Origin: Octopus vulgaris
Taxonomy: Eukaryota
NCBI GenBank assembly: GCA_951406725.2
Contig: OX597831.1
Coordinates: 25,544,001-25,608,000 of the forward strand
DNA length: 64,000 nucleotides
Direction of reading: 5' to 3'
Position numbers and translations under genes: made by a program. Under the pieces are notes generated by a model. That model ran no database searches. It had not been told where the DNA came from and saw only the letters and a program-made list of their open reading frames with translations. Shown here piece after piece: positions 54,399 to 64,000 of this stretch; the first letter of the stretch is position 1, and each line of letters opens with the position of its first letter.

Positions 54399-55278
54399 TT
54401 CTACCTGGCAGTAATAAAGCAGACAGTTTACCTTGTTTGGTTTGATATATATATATTTCCTATCTTTTTTCACTTGTTTCAAAGTTTTGTACTTTTATTT
54501 GAAATGTCCTAAAAACAAAGAGCATTACCCATGAAGTCAATTTTAACTGATTGATCTACTCAGTTCAGCATTCATATATTACCTTCAATAAACACTTTCT
54601 GAGCTTTTAAGATGTGGACCTCGAGCAATTATTTTTATAACAATATGAACCACAACAAAAACAATTATGGTCTCAGTTAAAGTTTGTTATTAAATTTGTT
54701 ATACAGATGAAAAGGTAACAATGTTTCCCACAATATTTGCAGACCACACTTCCAGAATTGTAAGACAGATGTAGGAAATGATTGTTCTGAATATTTTAAT
54801 GAAAGGTCAACTTAGAGAAAACATAGATAATTTGCTAAAAATAAACTAATAGTGTATTTCTCTTTCCAAAACAAATGCTGTCATAGACAAAATGACACAT
54901 ATTTTGAGAAAGTTTGTTGTCAATTAAATTGACTCCAGTATATGACTGGTGTGATTCCAGAAGGAAGACAAGTACAGCTGACCTTCGAAAATAATATGCC
55001 AAAAATATATTAATATTGTATTATTTTTCTCTTCCCAAAACATAAACATTTATATATTCGGAGCAAAAACTTAACATGCATAATAATAATGTGTTCTAAC
55101 ATATTTTGAGAAAGTTTGTTGTTATGTTGATCTCAGTATATGACTCTCCAAGAAGAGAGAGAAACACAGTTGACCTTGGCAAGATTTGAAAATGAATTGT
55201 AAACTGCTGTAACTTTATATGGCAAAGCATAAAATGTATAATTGCTTTCTCTGATACTGCCATCTATCTGCCTGTAAG

Positions 55279-55429
55279 CGCTAGCATAGCTAGAGTGTGT
55301 TTCACCCAAGGTGGCCCTTCCATTTGCCATCCGTGGACCCCACAAAAATCACATATTTTCTACATCAGACCTAAAAGTGCCGCCTGGGGCAGACCACCCC
55401 TACTGCCTCCTACCCTAGCTATGCTAGTA
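55279..55429. mobile_element. hAT-like MITE
   Basis: TIR CTAGCATAGCTAG / CTAGCTATGCTAG; 8 bp TSD CCTGTAAG at 55271-55278 and 55430-55437. Confidence 0.78.
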
Positions 55430-55629
55430 CCTGTAAGAGGTTTAAGACAGTCTCATGGACACTAATTTTTGGAATAGGAAGGAACATAGAACTCTCAACT
55501 ATAGAAATATTCATCTTTGCTTGGTATATTATCCCCATTGAAAGAGAAACTGCAACACATAGAGGAAGGGAGCTGGAATACTACTGATTCTGACACTCAG
55601 TTACCCCTGCCAATTGACTATACTTTCAT

Positions 55630-56290
55630 AATGGCTTCAAAGTTTGCCACAAGGGCAGCAATTTTGGGGGAGGAGATGAATCGATTACACCGACCCCAGT
55701 GTATATCTGATACTTATTTTTATTGACTCCTAAAGGGTGAAAGATAAAGTTGACCTAGGTCAAGTTTGAACTCAGAACATAGCGGCAGGTGAAATACAGC
55801 TAAGCATTTTATCCCACATGCTAACAATTCTACCAGCCTTTGACTATCCTTTCATAATAATAATAATAATAATACCAGCAACAACAACAATATCAGCAGT
55901 TTCTGATTTCTGCACAAAGTCAGCAATGTTAAGAGGTGGGAGTTTAGTTAATTCCATCAACCCCTATACTTGGTTGGGACTTTAATTTTATCAACCCCAA
56001 AAGGATAAAAGACAAAATCTACCTTACTCAGAACATAAAGTGTTGGAACAAATGCCATGATCTTAATGACCTTAATGGTCCTGGCAATTCTTGCCATTTT
56101 TAATAATAATGGTAATCTTTTCTCCAATAAACACAAGGCCTGAATTTTGCAAAGATGGGCCTAGTTGATAACAGCAACTACAGTGCTCAACTGGGACTTA
56201 TTTTTTTCAACCCCAAAATGATGAAAAGCAAAGTCAACCTCAGCAGAATTTGAACTCAGGCAAACAATTCTGCCCACTCGCCACCTTCTT
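55630..56290 (-). mobile_element. cluster of three diverged family B-related SINEs
   Basis: Recurrent ACCCC.AAA.GAT.AAAG.CAAA and ACTCAG motifs. Confidence 0.7.
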
Positions 56291-57148
56291 TAGTGATAAT
56301 TATTATAAGAATCTCTAATATATCCAGAAATTTTGTGGGATTGTTTCTATGTTTTATTGACTCACTCCATCCATAGTTGGATAGAAGATGAAGTTGGTCT
56401 TAGTAGGATTTGAACTCAGAACAGAAAATTCATATGTTTGGAGCAAAAACTTAACATTCATAATAATCATGTATTCTAAAATATTTTGAGAAAATTTGTT
56501 GTTAATTATGTTGATCTCTGTATATAACTGGTATGATCCTGGAAGGGAGAGAAACACAATTGACTTTAGCAAGATTTTGGAAATGAATTGTAAAATGGTG
56601 TGACTTAATAAATACCACAGAAACATAACGTCTGATATTCTATTGATTCTTCATTATTTTGAAATAAATGGAAATTCTAGAATGCCAAACTTCATGGGTA
56701 TATGCATATGTTAAGGCCATTATCAAATTAGAACTAGTTTGATTGAATTGTATGCTTTTATAGTGATTTCTTGTTCTTAATCCTGTCTCCAATCCATCCT
56801 TGCCATCTAGTAAGAATGTTCAAGCTCCCCCAACCATTTTGCATGTTATATACAGTCTTGTAGTCATTGCTATTGTTGTGGCACCTGAATTTTTCTTTTT
56901 ACAGATTTTTATTTAAACCGTGCATTATTATTTAGTGAGATGTATCTTAGTGTATAGACAAATAGCATCTTGTTTATTTTATTACATATTTGTATCCTTT
57001 TAAATCCCTCTTCCCATTTCCCATTAGTTTGCCTCATGAAATCATTGTATGTAGATATCCATATGTATTTATTTGTATCTGCTTTGTGGAATGATGTGAT
57101 CTGCTTTTACTTTCTTTTGTCCATTTATTAGCTTAGAATATTTTCAAT

Positions 57149-57194
<46 letters not shown>

Positions 57195-57195
<1 letters not shown>

Positions 57196-57298
57196 TTTAT
57201 TTAAAAGCAGCAGAAATTCAACAAAACCTGTTACTCGGAGTTTCACGTTCCCATCCGAGTAACAGGTTTTGTTGAATTTATGCTGCTTTTAAATAAAG
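57195..57298. repeat. 45 bp-arm inverted repeat in a (TA)n-embedded element
   Basis: 57195-57239 vs 57254-57298, one mismatch. Confidence 0.9.
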
Positions 57299-57368
57299 CA
57301 TATTACTCTACCCCTGGTATTTGAGTACTCTTTTTCCACCTTGTTTCACATTTATGTGTGTTTACTCC

Positions 57369-57420
<52 letters not shown>

Positions 57421-57905
57421 TATATATATATGTGTGTGTGTATGCATGTGTTGGGAGTAACACAATTCTAGTTTGAATCATAAAACAACAAAAGTGTTCC
57501 ATGAGCATCTTTTGTTAAGTTGAAATATTCAAACCTATAGTGTATTTAAGAACAACCTTGTCTGAAGACTGCAAGGCCACATCTTAGTGAGAAACTAGCA
57601 GCGTTGCCTTTCTTTTATCTTAAGTTCATGTAACTGTAATATATATATATTCATACATGTATACATACATAAATGCATACTTAAATAAACAAATTATTGA
57701 GATTCACTTGAATTACGTACTTAAGTTGAAGCACCAAGTCAGTCCGGTATTATCCGCACAGCTCGAAGTAATGTGGATACAATCAAATTAAGCAATAGGA
57801 TATCATGTAGTGATGCAGTACGACTGTTTCAAGTGGTTCCATTTAATTGAACAATGCAATCATTACATCAATTTAAACGCAGTGCCATCTATATTTATTT
57901 ATTTG

Positions 57906-57991
57906 TGCAGCTGAAGATGGCGCCGCATTTAAATTGATGTAATGATTGCATTGTTTAATTAAATGGAGCTGCTTGAAACGGTTGTACTGCA
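57906..57991 (+). ncRNA. type I hammerhead-like motif with long stem II
   Basis: TGCAG-CTGAAGA-[57 nt hairpin]-GAAA-CGGTTG-TA-CTGCA; inverted partial copy at about 57783-57890. Confidence 0.6.
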
Positions 57992-58033
57992 TCCCTACTT
58001 GATATCCTGTTGCTTAATTTCATTATACATATA

Positions 58034-59232
58034 CAGGGTGTCCCCAAAAATGTATACATACTTTAAATAATTGTAAAATAGGTGTTTATTGAAATACATT
58101 TCAGTTTCAAAATTTAATAGAACCTACAGACATTATTTTATTGTTTTGTCAACACCTGTTTTCAAACTGGTGTCTGTTCTGTTCCAGACAATGCTGACAA
58201 CACAAAGCAATGGAATCTCAAACATCATGAAACAATTTGTTTGGTATTTGTATGCATTCTTGTTCAATGGCTACTCTCAAATCATCAAATGTTGCAGGTT
58301 TCATAGCGTAGATATTGTCTTTTAGGTATCCCCATAAAAAATGTCTAGTGGTGTGACGTCTGGTGAACATGGAGGGTATTCAACACAACCCCTTCGTCCA
58401 ATCCACCTGTTTGGCAAGATCTCATCTACGAAGGATCTAGCATCACGATGTTAGTGTGAGGGTACCCCATCTTGCTGAAAATAAACCTCATCTTCAAAGT
58501 CTTCTCTAATGTTCCAATTAATGGTCCAATAAACCCTCTTCATGATAAGCCACACTACATTGTAAATCCTGGTAAATTAATATGGTGTTCCACCATAATA
58601 TGCGGATTCTCAGGTCCCCAGTAGGTGTAACTGTGGCAGTTAATTGAACCATTTAATATAAATGTGGCCTCATCACTCCACATAATCTTTGTTGGAAAAC
58701 ATGCATCTTCTACACTTGGTGCCAAGTACGACTCACAATACTATACTCTTCAGTCTGGATCATCATTATTAATAGCACAGTTTAATCTTGGAACACAACT
58801 TTTCCATTGACAATGCTTCACAATGTGATGGACAGACAATTTTGAAATAGCTACCTCACGACTCACTTGCCACACAGATTTTCTTGGACTTTGGTGATAT
58901 GTTTCCAGCACTCCTAAGAAGGAGTGCTGTGTTGATGTTCATAGTTTTCTGGAATGCTTCTTGTGTACATTCTGAAAAGTTCCATCGGCTTCAAACTTAC
59001 CTCTAATTCGAGTGATAGTAAGTCACATTGGTGGATCTGTTTGAAACTCCTTCCTAAACCGTCTTTGCACTTCAACTGCGTTTTTACACATCCGATAGCA
59101 TTCCAGAGTGAATTTCCTTTGTTCAAAGTTTAGTCTGACATCATCATTAATTCCAATGGGCTTAATCTGGAAAGATAAAAAACTTCAATTGAGTTATCAG
59201 CTGCTAAAGTGTGTATACATATTTTTTAGGAC

Positions 59233-59238
<6 letters not shown>
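58034..59238 (-). mobile_element. decayed Tc1/mariner DD41D (rosa-type) transposon, transposase pseudogene
   Basis: TA-flanked TIRs CAGGGTGTCC; minus strand [29 protein letters not shown] and FQQDGVPSH*...RWIGRRG...PPCSPDVTPLD, with 41 residues between the 2nd and 3rd D. Confidence 0.88.
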
Positions 59239-59283
<45 letters not shown>

Positions 59284-59880
59284 CAATACTGGGAGGAAGA
59301 GAGATGGAACAAGGCGACGAATCGAAACGAACCCGACGCGAACGTGCTGTCAGACAATAATGTAATAAATAAAATATATGTGCCTTCGAAACACGCTTGA
59401 GTCTGCTTGTGACAGCTGATGAAGGGGATTTTTCCTTGTGTAGTATGTCCTGTACCTTGTTTTTCTGTTGAAAAAAATAATGTTTTTCCCATTTTCGTTT
59501 CTCGTCGAGTTCCACGTCCTTGTTTTTTTGTTGTAAAAAAATGGTTTTTCCGTTTTCGTTTTTCGTTGAGTTCTACGTCTAGTTGTGGTGTCCTGTACTC
59601 ACGTGTATATATATTTATATATGCATGTATATATACATGTAGATGTAGGTACGTACATATATGTTTGTATGTATGCATATATTTTATTTATTATATATAT
59701 ATATATATATATATAAGTAATATTGATGGCCACTTTAACATGGCTGGCCATTCAAGTGGACTCTACTGTGAATTTTTTAACCCCAAGAGGGCATCTCCTC
59801 CAGCTGGTTAATGATGTACATTTGCATTTGATAAAATTGTGAGCAAGGGAGTGAACCCGTATCATCTCCTAGCAACAGGA

Positions 59881-59931
59881 CCAGTAGACCAGTCCTGGTT
59901 TCAGACTATTTCTGCCACTCCTCAGTACTGG
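59881..59931 (-). ncRNA. type I hammerhead ribozyme
   Basis: CCAGTA-CTGAGGA-GTGGC(AGAAATA)GTCT-GAAA-CCAG(GA)CTGG-TC-TACTGG; full core and GUC triplet. Confidence 0.75.
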
Positions 59932-60376
59932 AAACCTCGTACGTGTGTGTATTAAATGAACATGTCAATTAACAATAAAAATAATAGGGCTAATGTGAAA
60001 ATGATTTTCTCTTTGGTCTATATTTGTTTTGGAAGAAATTTCACATTCTTTTTATGTGTACATATGTGTGTGTGTTTGTGTGCATGTGTGAATGCGTTTG
60101 GCATGCATATAGGTTATCAAGCGAGTTTGTAAATGACAAGGAGTGAAGTACTCAATAGAATGAATATAGAGTTATATATATATATTAGAGATAATGGTGT
60201 CAGGTAATGCTGAATAAGTGCTATGGACAGACCATAGTTAAGTTCCAGATTCAGTAATTTTGCAAATAAGGGGTTCAACGTTGGTTCTACGTCCGTGTGT
60301 GTATATAAGAATTTTTTGTGCAATGAGATAAAAAAATCCAAGGCTGTGTAGATATTAGAACATTTATAGATAGAAG

Positions 60377-60428
60377 GCCTTACAGCTGTTTCCAGGATAT
60401 TTATTAATTATATCCCTTCATCAGAGAC
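60377..60428 (-). ncRNA. minimal type I hammerhead motif
   Basis: GTCT-CTGATGA-AGGGATAT(AATTAATAA)ATATCCTG-GAAA-CAGCTG-TA-AGGC. Confidence 0.62.
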
Positions 60429-61339
60429 AGTGTGAGAGGATGGTTAAGTCATAGTTAGTTTAGATGTGATGCAAAATATATATATATATGTATATATATT
60501 ACACTTTTACAAGCATAAAATAGTCAGCTCCTCATGTTAGCAGTAGTTTCAGGTCCCATGGAAATTCAGTCAACACTTAATGTGCCATTGAGTGATTTTG
60601 AAGCTACTTGTAACATGAACTGACTAGTTTATACTTGTGTGTGTGAGTGTGATTTTTCAAGATGACTGTATCTTGTACACTGCTGTTCAATTATTTATGT
60701 TAGTGGTGGAAGTTCAGTTTATCTTTCAGTTGAATACCCAGATAATTCTGTTTACCAGTTTGTGTTTGTGTATCCATTCTTGTCTAAGCATATAACGTAC
60801 CCAAGTGTTAATACATAAAAACACACACACGCACACACGAAGGTAGAAAGATATTAGATATGTTCTTCATAGTAAAGATATATTGATGGACATCTTATAT
60901 TTTTATCTGGGGATATATTAACTATTTGTGTTTTTTCTTTACAATTTTCTTTTTATTTCTCATCCATTTTTTTTTAACTATGATTACATTTTTGTACAAT
61001 TTTTCCTTGCTTTTTTCAAAAAAAAAAAAATATTCCTATTCACTTATTTCTAGAAAAATGTTTTTATTTTCTTTACTTTCATCTTTCCTATCTTTCATTC
61101 TCTTTGATACTTCTTTTCTTTCTTTTCACCCTTCCTCTCTTACATCATCACTCTCTCTCTCTCTCTCTCTCTCACGCTCTCTCTCGCTGTCTTTCAACAT
61201 ATGTTGTTGTCTTTCTCCCTTTTATGATATAAGACATGAAACACAGTCTGTATATCCATGGTAGTCACCGTGAATTTCCAAAAACACTCCTCTTCCTCTG
61301 TCTAGTTCATCTTAGACTGAGATCTGCATCTATATGGTA

Positions 61340-63150
61340 ACGTTAGTGATGATACTGGTACTAGAGGTACTAGTGGTGTTGTTAATGGTAGTGGTACTAG
61401 CATTGTAGTCTTGGTACTGATGGGGTTAATGTTAGTACTAGTGATACTGGTAATGGTAGTGCTAGATGTGTTGGTACTTGTGATGTTGGTGGCAGTGATG
61501 ATGCTAGGGGTATTAGTGCTCGTACTGGTGGTGACAGTGGTGGTGGTGGTGGTGGTGTTGGTGGTAGTGGTGGTGGTAGTAGTAGTAATAATGATGGTGG
61601 CAGTGGTGGTGGCGGCGGTGGAGGTGGTGGTTGTGGTAGTAGTGGTGGTGATGGTGGCAGTGGTGGTGGTGGTAGTAGTGGTGGTGATGGTGGCAGTGAT
61701 GGTGGTGGTGGTGGTGCAGCAGGGGTGACGATGGTAGTGGAGGTAATGACAGTGGCAGTGGTAGTGGTGACAGTGGTGAGGTAGTACTTGTGATGTTAGT
61801 ATCAGTATTAGTGGAACTATTGGCATTAGCATGTGGTATTGGCAATAGTAGTAGGGGTGTTAGTACCTGTACTGGTGGTCTTGGCGCTAATGGTGCTGAT
61901 AATGATGCTGTTTGTTGATGAAAGGTGGCAGAAAATTATGATGATGGTGGTGGTGGTGGTGGTGGTGGTTTTGTCTACCCTTGAATCCAATGTACTACCA
62001 GTACTGAAGAACAGTTCCAATGACCCCAGGCGATGGTGGTGGTGGTGTTAGTGGCAATGATAATGGTGGTGGTGGTGGTGGTGAACCCCAGGCGATGGTG
62101 GTGGTGGTGATGGTGGTGGTGGTGATGATGATGATGACAGTGATGGTGGTAGTGGTGATGGTGGTGGTGATGATGATGACAGTGATGGTGGTAGTGGTGA
62201 TGGTGTTGATGATGGTGATGGTGGTGGTGGTGGTGGCAGTGGTTATGACCATGATGATGATGAGGCGGAGGAGGGGGTGAGGGGTTAATGGTGGCAGTAG
62301 CAGTGAGATGGAATGATTGATGTTAGGGAAACATGATGATGATGAAGAAGAAGAAGAAGAAGAAGAAGAAGAAGAAGAAGAAGAAGAAGGCGAAGAAGAA
62401 GGAGAGCAAGAAGTAGTAGTAGAAGAAGAAGAAGAAGAAGAAGAAGAAGAAGAAGAAGAAGAAGAAGAAGGAGAAGAAGATTCTGGTGATGTTAGGTAAG
62501 GCTAATAATGGAAGACTTTAAATGAAGATGGTTAGATGAAGGAAGTGAAGGATGATGATGGAGACGAAGATAAACTTGGAGGAAACCTAGTGATGATATC
62601 TAGGTGGGTGGGAGGAGAAGAAGGATTGATGATGTCAGTGGGGGAAATGATGATAATTAAGTGGGGATGATGCTTATAGATAATAATGGAAAAACAGGGA
62701 TGCTGGTGATGATGATTATAATGTGGGTTAGAAAGAGCAGGAGGAAGATGCCGGCGGTGGGGATGTCTACAAACCTGCCCTACTGCTACTACCACTACCG
62801 CTACTATTACAACTAATACCGCTTCTACTACAACCACCACCACCACCACAACCACCACTACTACTAATACTAATACTACGATCACTACTACAACCACCCC
62901 CACCACCACTACTATTACTACAACTACCACCACTACTACTAGTACAACCACCACCAATACTGCTACAACCACCTCTACAGTCACCTCTACAAACACCAGT
63001 ACAACCACCACTACAACCACCACCACTGCTACTACTACAACCACCACTACAGCCACCACCACCACTACTACTAGTACTACAACCACCAATACAGTTACCA
63101 CTATAACCACCACTACTACAATCATCATCACCACCACAACTACTACTATA
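61340..63150. repeat. (GGT/GAT)n, (GAA)n and (ACC/ACT)n low-complexity block
   Basis: Degenerate trinucleotide runs. Confidence 0.9.
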
Positions 63151-63434
63151 ACTATCTGAAATACTCAGGCTGACCATCAGTGCCATGTGAATTCTCGTCA
63201 ATGTTACATTACTTAATTTAGATCAACCAATGAGAAGGCACACCTGAGAGTGTTACAGAGGGTCGTATTGGTTGATTTAGCAATAGGTCAATTATGTCTG
63301 AAAAGGAGAAGAAATAAAAAGGTTGGTCATGGCTGGAATGTCTTTGATAAACTGGTTTGCTCAGTCAAGGTTGACCCAGGGCTAAACTACAAGAACTCAT
63401 TCATTTATACTTGCTACAATATGGAAATATCTTT

Positions 63435-63890
63435 TGTCTTTCATTTGTTTTGATCATTAGAGTGCAACCATGCTGGGGCACCACTTTAGGGATTTTTAGT
63501 TGAAGAATCAACCTTAGGCCTGTCCTTTACAGGTACCAGTACCACATAAAATGCGCTCATGCCAATGCTGCATTTATGCACCCACACTGGTGCCACATCA
63601 AATGCACCCAGCATGCTCTGTAAAGTGGTGGGTGTTTGGAAGGGCATCCAGCCATAAAAACCATGCCATAACAGACAATTGGAGTCTGGACAACTCCTTG
63701 GCGGGCCAGCTCTTGTCAAACCGTCCAACCCATGCTAGCATGGAAAAATGGACATTTAACGATGATGATGATTTTGATGATGATGATGCACTTATTCTAT
63801 CAGTCACTCTTTTGCTGAACCACTAAGTTATGTGGATGTAAACTAACCAACACTGATTATCAAGCAGTGGTTGGGGACAAGTACAAAGAC
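63435..63890 (-). mobile_element. family A SINE 3' part interrupted by an RTE 3' UTR (+, about 63530-63788)
   Basis: CCATGCTGGGGCACC...CTTATTCTATCAGTCAC split by the GGAAGGGCATCC...GATGATG block. Confidence 0.75.
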
Positions 63891-63909
63891 ATGCATAAAT
63901 ATATATGTG

Positions 63910-64000
63910 GAGAAGTCGGCATTAGGAAGGGCATCCAGCAATAGAAACCATGCCAAACCAGACTGGAATTTGGTGCAGCTTTCTGGATTACCAGTTCCAG
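63910..64000 (+). mobile_element. RTE 3' UTR fragment (runs off window)
   Basis: GGCATTAGGAAGGGCATCCAGC. Confidence 0.75.

Noticed and set aside
61302-63201. Mucin-like, poly-E and Gly/Ser-rich ORFs
   Set aside because: Degenerate trinucleotide repeats with stops in all frames over the block and no convincing splice context

Overview
AT-rich, repeat-saturated eukaryotic non-coding DNA. The repeat content (tRNA-derived CORE-like and Meta-like SINEs, RTE 3' ends with (GAT)n tails, very dense microsatellites) fits a cephalopod, most likely Octopus; this is recognition from memory, not a database result. I find no intact protein-coding gene: nearly all ORFs in the track are read-throughs of microsatellites or SINEs. 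Recognisable elements are many SINE copies of four tRNA-headed families (my labels A, B, D, E), 5'-truncated RTE, CR1 and R4/Dong-like LINE relics, a decayed DD41D Tc1/mariner, several MITEs and a non-autonomous Helitron. The main unexplained signal is a set of more than ten hammerhead-ribozyme (HHR)-like motifs in unrelated short, often palindromic elements, mostly in or beside (TA)n tracts. It includes a near-canonical type I HHR (59881-59931, minus strand) and a tRNA-headed SINE with an HHR tail arranged as a head-to-head palindrome (45259-45836). Also notable are a textbook recursive-splicing site (AG|GTAAGT at 54391-54398), suggesting a long plus-strand intron, a GC-rich multibranch RNA fold near 19.7 kb, and an RFX X-box plus GC-box module near 10.1 kb. 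Boundaries were read by eye and are approximate.
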